A stretch of DNA of 64,000 bases from the human T2T-CHM13v2.0 reference genome, Homo sapiens. The stretch lies in contig CP068257.2 in NCBI GenBank assembly GCA_009914755.4, forward strand, positions 28,352,001 to 28,416,000, read 5' to 3'. The position numbers and the translations under genes were made by a program. Shown one piece after another: positions 38,493 to 52,487 of this stretch. How positions within the stretch are numbered: the stretch's first letter is position 1; every line of letters starts with the position of its first letter. The notes under the pieces are model-generated. The model did no database searches. It had not been told where the DNA came from and was given only the letters and a program-made list of their open reading frames with translations.

Positions 38493-41400
38493 ATATGCAA
38501 CCTCCAGTTAGATTAGGCTATCATAAATGAGTTTAGCTATTTTTAATTTTCTTAATTTTTTGTTTGAGAAACATCTCTTCTGGCCATTATAAGTTCTGTT
38601 TGAGTGATAGATCTGTTTGATATTATTGAAATCCATCTGACTTTCTTTAAACAGTGTTGAATGAAATTATTCTTCATTGTAACAGGCATGGTTCTTATTT
38701 AAGTCAATGAATTCATCAAAATTAAGGCACTTGTTGATCTCATGTATGCGCTAATGTCTGATGTCCATACAAACTGATTTACTTCATAAGAATTTTATCT
38801 TCTGCATGTTTTTTCCTGTTTGATAGTGCCCTGATTCTTCTAATTATCCTGTTTCTTCTTGTCATTTTCATTATCTATATTTTCTAGATTACTGTAATTC
38901 TATTACTGGTTATTATGATTTTGACCAGAGTTTTTAATCTTCAGTACTTATGTATGAAGGATCTTTAATATGTAGAAGTTTCACCCAGTCTTTTTTCTTT
39001 CAGGTTATGTTTTTAGCTTCCATTAGGATATTTTCTTCCTGCCATATCTGAATTTTGAGATAATAATCAACAGTTCTGAAAAAATGTAAAATTAATCTGA
39101 AGTTAAAGCATACACAAGAGAAATTTAAATGATTTTAAATTGCCACTGCTTGTGTTAGGTTACATAGTTGTGTACTCATCATTTTTACACAACTTACACT
39201 GCTGATTATTTACATAATTAATAGCTTTGTCGCTCTAACACTTGTTTCTTTGGCCAATTTTATTGTCTTAGTGACAGATTTTACCAGGAACTACCAGATT
39301 TTTCCAGGACAAGAAGCATCAGAGATTCTGAAACATAATTCAAAACTCTTAGAATGCATAAAACATGTGATTCTACTTACAGCTATATTTGAATTTTTTA
39401 GTATTCCATAGGTTTACATCTTACAAACATGGAGACTCTGACAAATTTTAGTGTTGCTTTTCTGTTCAAAAAAGAAAAACAAAGTATGGTGCATTTGTAA
39501 TTGTATATGCCGCCATGTTTGTTAATAATATTTCTGATGGGAGAGAACTTCTATTATGACTAGATACCAACAAGAAACAAATCTTACAGTTAACAATTTT
39601 ATATTTCTGATGCGGAAGAATTGCCCACATCCTACTTTCTGGCTACGCATATTTCAAAATCTTATTTTTCCTCTACTGCTGACATACTACCACTGGTGTG
39701 TGTCAGAGGACATATTAATATCACAATACACCTTCTGGTTCTGATGTTCATGAAGGAATGCTAAGAGAATCAGCACAGTGGACAGCAGGAATGTTCCCAG
39801 AAGCGACTTATCTTCTGTTCTGGGTAAATTAGCAATCACATAACTGTACATGTATGTTATTGTTGTAGGACTTTCTCCGTAGTTGAGCCAAGAGCTAGGT
39901 CCTTGTCACACAGCCATGAAATATTAGGCTTGCAAACACTTTAAAGGGTGAGAAAAATGGAACTTTTTGGTCAAAAAGGGAAACAGGGACTCTCAGCAGA
40001 ATGAGGGTCCTGCTATACACGCTTCCTGCCTCACAGATTGAATCCCAGATTCCACCAAGGAAGAGGAGGGGCCAGGCTCTTCGCAGCGGCGAATGGGGTG
40101 AACTTCCTTAGCTCCACCCCAGTACGTCCTCCTCCCAGTGCACAAACCAGTCAGAGGTTCCCGGGGGACCCCTTTCTTGTCTGTCTCTTTATTGCCAATC
40201 ACAAAAATATATCCCACTAACCTAAATGTATTTCTACATTAATTTCATATTGTGTAACTATGAAAATGTTGATTACTATTCCAAAGTCATCAACCACAAG
40301 GGGAAGTATAATACAACAGAGTTGGAATTGAATAAAATTGACAAACTTAAGGAATTGCAGTTAACATATCTCACTTTTGCAAAATATACGAAGACTTGTG
40401 ATCTTGAGAACACATTGCTCGGGCTTCTCCCAGGTCCTGGCTAGGGTTAAGTGGAAGGGAAGGGTCCTGGAACATAAGCTTCACTGTTTCATGGTACATC
40501 CACCTCAGCTCGAAATTCTTGCATCTTTTAGATTTCAGCTTCCATCTGAGTAACAACATTAGGTGATATTTCAAGGATCAGTGTGGACCAGTTCTAATTA
40601 GACAGACAGAAAGTGTTGCAGTGACAACAATTGTAAGAAATACCCAACAAGCTCTAGTCACAGGGGTTTCTAAGGATTAAACCCAAGCTGGATTTCTTTC
40701 AAGATGCTACCTCTGCTGCTCTCTCAACTTTCTTTTCATCTCACTGTAAGTAAGAGGGTAGGTCCTTGTGCCTTTGGCACTTAGGAAGAGCGTGTTTTAA
40801 ATGAATAGATTCTACACTTTACATTCAATGTAAGGAAGGTCAGGGTGCTGGGTTGAAGCCACAGCAAGAAAGTTACAGGATTCTGAGAAAAGAATAAATG
40901 CCCCTATTTTTTCTGATAAAAAATTTAACCGATTATGCCTGTTTACTTGCTCTACTTACGTATATTTTCCTTTAGCTATTTATCTTGGATGCTTGACCCC
41001 TTTGGACTAAGGCATTATTCTAAATACCACCTTGCAGAGGGGGACTACTGCATAAACTAGGCAGTGAATCAAAGCTGCTGGCTACAGTTGTAGAGGGTGA
41101 CACAGCCTCACTGACCCAGCTGGAAATTTCTACCAAGAATGTCACTTCTTTTCATTTAGTTCTTCAAAAATGCTCTAAAAACACTTCAGAAAGCAAAAGA
41201 AAGGGATTATGTAATAAGCCCCTCTGCACACACCCCATACTTCTTATTTGAAGTAAATCCACTTCAAATAAACAGATTCCTTTAAAAAATGTTCAGCTTT
41301 ATTTTTTTCAATCTAAACTTTACATTCTATTGAATAAGTTTTACATTGAAAGCATTTCTGAACAAATGCCTGTTTAGTATTTATTTTCTTCTCTCCCTAC

Positions 41401-44339
41401 TCCCAACTGCACTTGAACTTCAAAGGGCAAAGGTAGTCATTGGTGTTTTACGGATGCACGACAAGTACCTAAACCACTACCTGGATCAAAGCAGCCACTT
41501 TTGCCGAAGGGGTGCATCATTCAGACAAGGCTCATGCTCCAGAGAGATCTGTTATATTTACACTGTGGATTGTCAAACCTGCAGATCTAACTCTCTGTAC
41601 CTGTGCAGCTAAGTCATGTATCTCAAAGGCATCAATTAAAATATTTTAGGGTTACTTGTGAGATAAGATTTTAATACAGATTAATCTAAACAAGCTGTCA
41701 ACCAGCAGATAACAGGACCTTGAAGACTTATGACACAGAGAAGCAATTAATATGGAGGTCAGGAATAGGAGAAGGAAGTATCTGTGTGCCTGGAGCCAGA
41801 AGTAGGGATGGACGCGTTAAAATAAATTACAGTAACCTCCCCATTGTTTGTTGGTTTAAACACTTCAGGCAATGGTTCTGCATGGGTATGATTACAGCAT
41901 TTTCCTCAATTCATAATTTTATTCTTGAAGCTTGGAATCTTATCTTCTGGAGTCCGTCCATATCTTTGAAGCTGAAATTGGAAATTCTAACTGCGATCTG
42001 AGCAAAGTTCCACAGCTGATTTGCCTTTTTTTTTTTTCCTGAAGCAAAGTCAGTTGAGAAATCCCACACTGCAAACCTTGTCTTTTCTCAGTGATTTATT
42101 GGCTATTTTGATTCCATCTGCAATGGTTTGCTCCGTGGTTTGTGCCAAACATTTTAAATGCTTAAGAGTCAATCAAAACGCTATCTTCCTCAAGGAAAAG
42201 TCAAGTCACCCAATCTGGAACATTTTATATTTCGGTTGTAAATGAAGCCTTAATTCTGACTGTAGACTGGCTCTCACTTCAGGGATGCAAAACACGAATG
42301 ATCTTTTCCTGTATCTCAAGGACCACATGCCACTGTGTTCCGCCTTCAACATGTGTAAGAATTTCTGCTGTTTGTCAAAATGCTAACAGGAATGACACCA
42401 GGAATATCCTATAGTAGTAGCTTAATTTTACCCACATAAAAACATTTCATTTTATGTCTCACGTGTTTTTCATACATGCCTATTATGTTTCTTTTTGTTC
42501 CAAACTGATTATCAGTGTTTGACTGTAAGGTAAATAAAATACCATTAATTAGGGAAAGGACTAATTGGTCCAATTTGGAGAAATGCTGATAATCAAATTG
42601 GTGTACCTTCTTGTATTACAAGTGACATTTTGTAACAGTTTCCAGGTTTTAATTATGATGAGCTTGCATTTCAAAGAACTAATTAAGGTTTCTTATTGTT
42701 TCTTTTGTAGCCAAACATTTTACCCCAAGGCTACCAAGGAAGAAAAGACAAAGGCAGACATCTGCAATTTTTAAAGCAGCTTCTTATTCCTCGCTCTTCC
42801 TCTATTTACTAAAAAAGAATATGTGTTTAGAGTGGAGAGGGGCATGTTGGGGGAAGGTGGGGAAGTAAGGGATGGGGAGAGAGGAGGGTGGGAGGAAAAA
42901 CAAGACCACTCACTTCTTGGGTTCTTGGCACTCCAAGAATGATTTGGTGATAGTTTGATGAGTCATAGAAAATTTTCTTGGTAGATGAACAATAAAAATG
43001 AATATTTATTCATTTACCCATTTAAGAAATGTTTGATGCCTAGCAGAAGCTAAGGCAGTGTTCTAGGTACTAGGACAGTAGTAATAAATGAATAGTCTTT
43101 ACTCCCCAGAGACCTGCAAAATAGTGGAGGAGACAGGAATATAGAGTAGGTAAGTATGCACGAAGAAAATACACAGGTAGATAAACATGTAGAGAAAATA
43201 ACTTATCTTTTATTTCAAGATTTCAAAATTATGAAGTAAAAGTAATTTGTGACTTGTGTTGAGATTTATGCCCTCTATTAGACGAAGCCTGAAATACGTA
43301 AGAGAAATCTAGATCAGTACTGTACAATAAAAATAGGATGTGAATCCTGAAGGTGAGACACATTACGGAATATGAAATTTTTCAGTAGCCACATTTAAAA
43401 AAGGTAAGAGGAAGCAGGTGGAATTAATTTTAATACAATATTTAACCCAATATACCCAAAATACTATTTTAAAATGTCAATAAAATAGTTTCTGAGATGT
43501 TGTTTTACATTCTACTTTTGTACAAAGTCTTCAAAATACAATATACTTTTTATATTTACAGCATATCTCAATTCAGACTAGGCACATTTCAAGTATTCAA
43601 TAGCCACATGTGTCCAGTAGCTGCTGTACTGCAGTGAAGTCTGTAGATTATCAGTTCTGGTTGTCAGAACCTATCTGTCCCTATGTTTTCTCTGTAATAT
43701 GGGCTGTCGTTTAGACAGATGTTTCCTACTTATTATTCATTTATTCTACATTTAATAAATATATGTTAGTTGTTAGGCATGGTGCCAGGTGCTGGGGGTG
43801 TTGTCGTGAATAAAAACAAAAATCTCTGCCCTTACGAAGTTTATATTCTAGTGGGTACTATTATCTAGGACAATCTCAGATTCCAGGTGATATTTAAGAG
43901 TGTTAGCCCTTTTCTGCTATTTTATTAGGCAGTTTTCACCAATGAACATATGCTACATAATCTTACTAAAACCAGGACCTGTCTTCTCTTTGAATAATTT
44001 CCACACATAAAACCCCAATATATTCTTTCCAATTCATATCACTATGAATCAGAATGAAGTTGTTGCAAATGATGGTCAGTGAAGAAGAATAGAAGGGAGG
44101 TTGGAAAAAGTGAGGCTTATTGCCTCTAACATTTCTGCCATTCTTACAGTGATTGGTATGCTCGATGTATTACAATTTGTCCTCACTTTGTTAGAATCAA
44201 CTTTGTTATCTTAAACAGCCAATCATATAGCCAAATAACAACATCAACAACAAAAAGAAGTGTTCCAAAACCACTAGCCTGGTAGCAATTCTAATGCAGG
44301 TGGTAAAGAGGTATTTGATCATGTTTATTCTTTGGTTTC

Positions 44340-44730
44340 ATTTATTTTAATGCAGTCTGTCTCAGACATTTTCTGTTGCTATAACATAATACAATTGACT
44401 GGGCAAATTATAAAGAAAAGAAATTTATATCTCACAGTTCTGGAGGTTAGAAAGTTCAAGAGCAGAGCACGGTACTGGCACCCAGCGAGGGCCTTCTTGC
44501 TGCATTGTAACATGCTGGAGGGCATCACATGTCAACAGGGCAAGAGCACGTGTGTCAGCTCAAGTCTGTTTCCCTCCTCTCATAAAACTACCAGTGTCAT
44601 CATGGAGGCTCCACACTGATGACCTTATCTCATCCTAACGACCTCCCAAAGACCCCACCTCCAATCAACGTATGAATTTGCAGAATAAGTCTCCAACACA
44701 TAAAATTTGGTGAACATATTCAAACCATAG
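44340..44730. mobile_element. L1 3'-UTR-derived repeat, second copy of the family seen at 21175-21570. It reads in the same orientation as written.
   Basis: Sequence reads gtctgtctcagacattttctgttgctataacataatacaattgactgggcaaattataaagaaaagaaatttatatctcacagttctggaggttagaaagttcaagagcagagcacggtactggcacccagcgagggccttcttgctgcattgtaacatgctggagggcatcacatgtcaacagggcaagagcacgtgtgtcagctcaagtctgtttccctcctctcataaaactaccagtgtcatcatggaggctccacactgatgaccttatctcatcctaacgacctcccaaagaccccacctccaatcaacgtatgaatttgcag...aacatattcaaaccatagta. It is collinear with the repeat consensus quoted for the first copy. Confidence 0.75.
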
Positions 44731-46103
44731 TATAGTCCATGAGAAGATCTTCTCTAATGGAAAATTTGCTAATACAGCTTGAAGCCGTTGTGTTCATGTG
44801 GACTTCTGTTTTCCAGCAGTGATTCTTACCCTTGGGTGAACCTGGGAATCAACTGCTTGTGTTTTAGAAATTCTAATATTCAGGCTAACTTCAGACCAAT
44901 TAAATAAGTTTGTGTGGGGTGGGGCCAGAGCATTAGTATCTTTAAAGCTACCAATATGATTGTTAAGTCCGGAAAGGCTGAGCACCACTGCAGCAGGCAC
45001 ACTCCCCGTTCTTTTTGCCTCCCATTGCATTGGACATTAGCCATTTTAGCCTTTGTAATTTCCTGCCCAGGAAGTTAATCTAAGAACTTTCTTCTGTTGA
45101 TGTGAATGTGGATGTGAGTTGCCTTTCTTAACTCAGTTGAGGACCATCTTTCCAATTTCCAAAAACCCCTTCCATCATAATCAGATGTCACTTCAAAGTA
45201 AATTTTAGTGTCATTCACATGACATTGGATGGCAGGGATATGTCCATGTTGGGCATTTAATTATGATGCACACCTGTTTGGAACATTGGGGAGATGGCAC
45301 TCAAATTTATTACAAACTCCATTGAACTTCTGAAACCATTTAGAGTCTTTACTATTCAAGTGTGATGGGGGAAGTAGAAACAAGGGCATCTCCTGGAAGC
45401 TTGTTACAAATGCACATTCTCAGGCCTCAGCCTAGACCTGCTGAATCAGATTCTGCATTTTAACAAGATCCCCAAGTGGTTAGTGTGCACATTAAAATTT
45501 GAGAAGCCCTTGCTGAGTGTCAGTTACAGAACATATGTCACAAACTGAATCATGATATATTCAGTGTCCATACTAATTCCAAGGGCTCTTTGATTTTCAT
45601 GGATTTCAGCTTGTGTGTGCTGAAGCCTGTGGCAGACACCTTGCAGACCTCCAACCGTCTCTCAGCTGAAGAATCTTTGTTCTGAAGCAACCAATAAAAG
45701 GGATTTCTTTTTCCTTAAAGAGCAACTGGGGTCAAAGCATACTGGAGTGAGCTTCCTGGTAAGTAAGAGTTCTTTATATTAGACTCCAGGTCTGTTCTAA
45801 TTCATTCCTGCTGCTTCCTTTGATGAGATATTTTTCACACCTTCATTCTTTCTTTCATCCAGATTTCTCAACCAAATATGCTTCCCACTGAGGGGTTAAC
45901 AATTATACTTTTATTTTCTTCAGCATGGGCCTGAACGTTAGCATGGCTCACCTTGACCCTGCTTTTAGGCAGAGCTTCTCCAATCTATCAGCCTCTCCAT
46001 TTGACAGCCATTTGCTCCCTTTAATTTTTTTTTTAGTATCATTTACCTGAATTTGTGAAATATAGAAAAGCATTAGATATAGACTTGCAATGCTCTGTCC
46101 TAA

Positions 46104-46494
<391 letters not shown>

Positions 46495-46627
46495 TAGCTT
46501 GTTCTTATCTTAGTACTTCTTTTCTACCTCTAAAACTATGTAGTGAAGTATGATCAATCAAGCTTAAAATATCTTAGTTGCAAAGGTGAGGGAAAAAATA
46601 AAACTCCACAATTTTCATTTGGTAAAT

Positions 46628-46800
46628 CTCTCTCTCTCTTTATATATATATGTGTGTATGTGCGTGTGTGTGTGTGTGTGTGTGTGTATACACTGTATAT
46701 ATATTCATGGATTATGACATTTTCATAGATATATACTGCATGTATATACAGATGAATATAGATATAGATATAAAGATAGAAAAATAGATACATATTTATG
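46628..46800. repeat. Compound microsatellite (CT)n(TA)n(TG)n, followed by a degenerate (ATAG/ATAC)-rich stretch.
   Basis: Sequence reads ctctctctctttatatatatatgtgtgtatgtgcgtgtgtgtgtgtgtgtgtgtgtgtatac...atatagatatagatataaagatagaaaaatagatacatatttatg. Confidence 0.9.
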
Positions 46801-47344
46801 TACTTGCACACACATAGCTACCCTCCTCTCCACCTCTAAACCACAAAGTAACTGATATAGTGTCGTCTTGTGTCAGTAATTGGTTATTTTTTTCTGATTG
46901 GCATGATAACTCTTTCCAAGTTCTCTGGTTCTAGCCCTGACCACTCACTGTAGGTCAGGGGAGGAGGTGATCCTGGCCTCACCATCTTCCCAATGTATGT
47001 CATCTTCCTGGCAACAGCATTTGTGCCAATCAGTGATCATGTGACTTGAGAAAAGCCAATCCCAAGGCTTCCCTGAGACTGAAATTTCTTTCTCTGCTGG
47101 GGATTCCAAGATGGGGCTGTTAGCAGTAATATCGTTTACTTTGTGGAGAGGATCTATTGCAACAGAAGAAATAAATAACTCGGAGGAAAGTCAAGCAGAG
47201 ATGTACAAGAATCTTAGGGAATTCCTGAAACCTGCCTTCCTATAGCTTCCTTTCTCTTTGACATCCTTTCCCAAATTATTGTTGTGGACCAATAATTGAG
47301 TCTTTTGCTTATGCTGATTTGAGTAGGATTTTATCACCTGTATT

Positions 47345-48130
47345 TGAAAGAGTCTCAAATAATGTCAGTGTATTTCTACATTCATATTCATGCAGGATTT
47401 TTCTCAGCCACTTTGCCAGTTGAGGACCTCCATGGCCAGCGATGTCTCCACCTAAGCCTTGCTCTACAACAGGCCTGCCACAGGAGGCACCCTGTCCACT
47501 CAGCCTTCTGGGCTATGCCTGGCTTGCACGCTGGTCCGCATCCTACACTCACCGCGGGGTCCGCGCTCAGTTTGCAGCTCGTACCTGAGTTTGGAAGTTC
47601 CCACGTTCTTGTCCCGCCTCCAAGAAGAATGAGGTTATGGTGACAATCAAAAAGTGAAGATGGGGGAGAAGAATTTTACTGAGCGATGGAACAGCTCTCA
47701 GTGGGGAGGGGATGCAAGGGTGGTCCCCCACCCAAAGTCGGGTGGTCTTTCCCATAGTGTGGCTGCATCCAGGGCTTTCAAGGCTCAGAATGGGGGAGTG
47801 CATGCTGATTGGTGTGTGAGTATACAAAAAAGGCTAAAACAAAGGCACCACTCAAAGATGGGCATGACATTGTAAAAAACCAAATGTGGGAGGGGTAGAT
47901 ATATATAAAATAGGTGAAAGGTGAGGATCAATCAGAGGAGGGCGGACCAAACGGGAAGGGAGGTTCTCAATCTGGTCCAGGGCTTTACTTGGGACTTGTA
48001 GCTTGACTTTCAGGCTATAAACTGTCTTTGGTTTGAAGGTAGAGTTTCACCAGGGACCTGCTCCTATCTACCTAGGGATTTGTTTGCCTCCTGCTGCTAT
48101 CAATATTTATTCACCTTCTTTCTATTTTGA
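47345..48130 (+). mobile_element. Probable endogenous-retrovirus LTR-like element (family not determined) carrying CCAAT-box (antisense) and TATA-box promoter motifs.
   Basis: This is a locally GC-rich, CpG-containing block (...cgcggggtccgcgctcag...). It contains ctgattggtgtg (CCAAT on the opposite strand) at ~47806-47817 and tatatataaaatagg at ~47902-47916, ~90 bp apart, with G/C-rich sequence after it (gaggagggcggaccaaacgggaagggagg). This is an LTR-U3-like architecture. There is no similarity to Alu or L1. Confidence 0.35.
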
Positions 48131-48974
48131 TCTCCATATTGCCAACAAGTTCAACATTTGTATAGCAGGTTAGACTTAAATGTTAGACTTAAATTTCTTA
48201 GGCAAGTAACCAAGGAATTCTCACTTAGGCAAACAAGGAAACTGTTATTGGACCAGGTTAGAAATTGAACTGGTTTGGTGTTGAACATACTGACGTAAAG
48301 CTAGACTTTCACTGGGAAAGGCAAAGAAAGGGGATTTCCCTGACAGCCTCCAGAGGGAACACCTTGAAACTGAAGTATACTTATATAGTTATCAATACCA
48401 TACTTCTATAAGTTAATCAATTTGTGTTGTTTTTAAGCCACTGAGTTTGTGGTGATTTGTTTTGCCAGCAGTAGGAAACTAATCACTTGTCAACTGCCTC
48501 ATCTGAATCTCAGTTGTCAAGAGAGAATACCCCTGATGTGTGGCTTCTTTTGCCTCTCCAGTAAGGCCTGACCATATCACTTCCTGCTGTGCGGTAGTGT
48601 CTTGAATTCCCAACCTTTCATGTCTTTAGGGCTGAGCAGGATGGAAGGATAGTCCCACCACTAACTTCGGCTCCCTGCCTCTTTTGCCCATCTCTCAACT
48701 ATGGCACTGCCAGGCCCCATCTTACTGTACAGTGCTTATTAGTTTTCATTGGCTGCAGCCTTCACTCTGGGACTAAGCTTGAATCTAAGTATAAGATCTT
48801 CTTCTTTAGGGCAGTGTTTCTCATTTGCTGTACCCCAGGGCTGGGAAGCCCTGTCCTATACATCACCAGTTTGGTAGATTTGAGAGAGAAGGGGATTTGG
48901 GGGTGATACATTTCTGTTTGCCTCTGGACTCTGCAACAAACTAGTAGCAGAATTTTGAACAAGTTGCTTTATTT

Positions 48975-49258
48975 TTGTGAGTCACAGAATCTTCCCTCCT
49001 TCCCTCCTCTTCTCCTCTCCTTTCTTCTCTCCTCTCCTCTCCTTTCTCCTCTCCTTTCTCCTCTCCTCTCCCTTCTCCTCTCCTCTCCTATCTCCTTTCT
49101 CCTCTCCTCTCCTCTCTTCTCTCCTCTCCTCTCCTCTCCTCTCTTCTCCTCCCCTCCCCTCCCTTCCCTTCCCTTCTCCTTCCTTCCTTCCTTCCTCTTT
49201 CCCTTCCCTCCACTTCCTTTCTCTCCCCTCCCCTCCCCTCTCCTTCCCTTCCCTTTTC
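48975..49258. repeat. Long polypyrimidine (+ strand) / polypurine (- strand) low-complexity tract made of degenerate (CCTCT)n, (TCTCC)n and (TCCC)n repeats. Length is ~280 bp.
   Basis: Sequence reads cttccctcctccctcctcttctcctctcctttcttctctcctctcctctcctttctcctctcc...cctcccctcccctcccttcccttcccttctccttccttccttccttcctctttcccttccctccacttcctttctctcccctcccctcccctctccttcccttcccttttcc. There are essentially no purines on the + strand across the span. Confidence 0.95.
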
Positions 49259-50450
49259 CAAATGTAAAAAAAAGATAATGTCCACCTCTTCTTAGTAATG
49301 TAAGAACTCTCTAACTGAACAAACACATACAAAAAATCTGGATTCTCTGAAAGTGTTCAACAAAAGCTTCATTAATCACCTTTCTTGAACTTAGTAACAA
49401 AACAAACAAACAAGGAAAAACACAATTGAAAACTTAGCAAGATTAAACTGCCTTAAAAGACCAGGCATTGCACTCTGTGCTAGGTCTAATAAATGAAAAC
49501 AAAAACAGTAACTTGGTGGATACATGTTATTACATATTTGTTAAAACTCATAGGTTGTACAACACCTAAAGTGAACCCTAATGTAAGCTATGGACCTAAG
49601 GTAATAATTATGTATCAATGTAGGTTCATCGATTGCAATAAATGTAGCACTCTGGTGCAGAATGTTGATTGTGAGGGAGGCTAGCGGGGTAGGGGGAGGA
49701 AGGAGTCCATGGTAGTAACCCTCTGTACTTTCTGCTCAATTTTGCTGTGAACCCAAAACTGCCCTAAAACATAAAATCTTTAAAAAATTAATGTCATCAA
49801 ATAAATCTACAAACCCCTGAGTAGAAGAAATGGATGTCAACGTAGTGAGTGTGTCTCATGGGCAAGGGGGTAAATTGCAGATTCAGGGAAAGCTGGAGGA
49901 CCCTTTGCCTTCAACTGCCTTCTCTTTTTGTGCACAAAAGCTAATTCTTTCACAATTTCTTACAATGTGTTATATTGTATTTTCCACTGAAAGCCACCAG
50001 CATACAACTATGAATCAGAACTCATATAAGGGCTCATAACTAGGGTAACTTCTTAGTTCAGTCTATATTGCTCTGGTCCCTTATCTGGAATATTTGTTCT
50101 CCCCTAAGAACATTATAAAATCTGTTTAATGTGTTAAAAATCACAGTATGCTAAATGCTATTTCTTAAGAAAATTCACCCATGTTATTTCTTGTTAATAT
50201 TTAACCACAAAAAAAAAGATAATGTAAAAAAATACATGGAGAGAATATTATTTCTTCTGACTATTGGGGAAAAAGTCTCTAAAGTAGAGTTTTTAATAAT
50301 ACTGAGTTTGGGGATGCCTCAATCACCTCCACTTAAATCCGAGAATTTTTTCTGTAAAGGGCCAGACAGTAAGTGTTTTAGGTTTAATGGGTCTTGCTTT
50401 CTCTAGGACCACTACCGAGCTCTGCTGTTGGAACACAAATGTAATCATAG

Positions 50451-50689
<239 letters not shown>

Positions 50690-52062
50690 TAAAAACAGGC
50701 TTACGGGCCATAGTTTGCATACCTTTGATTTAAATCCTTGTGCTACCCTTTGTCATGTCATACACATTGCATATTCTTCAGAGCAAGCGGATAACTAAGT
50801 AAGAAAGCACCTTATAATCCAGAACCCCAACCATCACTGTTCTTACACTTGCTCATTCCGTAATTCAGAAAACATTCATCAAATTCTAGCTCTGCCCATA
50901 ACATTGCAGAATGTCTTTTTATTCCTCTTTTCATCCAGTATTCACGATTGCCGCCCTTAATTGAGCATTTCTCTATCTGGATTCCCTTCAGAGCTTCCAG
51001 CAGCCCTGAGTCTGCCTCAGTGTTGTTTTTTTTTTTTTGCTAGAGGATTAATATATATGTATTTATAATGTATATATACACATATTATATATGTATATAT
51101 AATACATGTTAAAACGTTTACAGAATGTTTCTGCTATCTATAAATGATTTTAACTTTCCTGCCTGTCATATATTTTATGTAAATACTAGAATAAAAACAT
51201 TTTAAAAATACAGAAATGTGTGATGAATACAGGAAATGCCATCTGCAATTCTCCCACCATATAGATCTTAGAGTTTTGAACTGTATTTAGTGGAAACTAG
51301 TCGCTGCCTCTCAGCCACTAGAGGACTAATATCTATGATTATTAGAGAAGTTGAAATAAAGTGTCTTTCTAATGACTCTTTCTCAAAGCAGATCACAGGT
51401 TGATTTAGTGAAACCAGGTCGTCAGTATGCGGCCAAGTGTTGCTGGTGCCTGCTCTAAAGCAATATGAGGTGGGTCACTTCTCCTTTCTTATCAGCAGCC
51501 ACTCAGATCTCTTCATTCGTCTTTATTCAGGAAGCTCTTAGAATTTCCCACTGGTATCCTTATCCTGTCCTTCTAAATTTAATTCTAAGACCAAGGCCAC
51601 ATGTTATATTGGTCAGATTAGTTAGACCCAGAAAATATGAGAGATATCAAAACAATTTATTTCACTTGGAAAAACAACACTTTAAGCAAAATTCAAACTC
51701 TATTATGTCCAGGAAAGCTTTTGGTGACTTTTCCAGACTTCTGGTGAGTGTAGAATAATTGACAAGTGGAGCTTGTTTGTCCATGGAGTGAAGAAGAATG
51801 GGTGATTTAGTAAATCACAGGCTGAAATGCATTTTAATAAACAACTTCCTTATTCAGTTCAGCATTTGAATGTCTTGTTGCTTACTTTGATTTGAGGTCT
51901 GCAATATCTAAATCTTTTTCAAGTGTTTCACAAAAATAACCTTTCCATGTGTTACTCACCCAAAGCTTCATTAATTAACTCTCCTGTGGTCAAAAGGTGA
52001 ATAGAAATGATTTGTGGCAATCCTCTCCCATGGACCAAAAGATGCCAATTATCTCCCATTAA

Positions 52063-52487
<425 letters not shown>

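Noticed and set aside
42830-42905. G-rich purine run (ggggaaggtggggaagtaagggatggggagagaggagggtgggagg) with possible G-quadruplex potential.
   Set aside because: It is short, with irregular G-runs, and is a weak G4 candidate with no supporting context. Worth a G4Hunter score, but it is not a feature I can support.
48955-49332. Three overlapping ORFs (96-116 aa) encoding S/P/L-rich or R/E/G/K-rich low-complexity proteins.
   Set aside because: These are translations of the polypyrimidine/polypurine microsatellite tract on both strands. The repetitive low-complexity peptides are an artefact of (CCTCT)n-type DNA.
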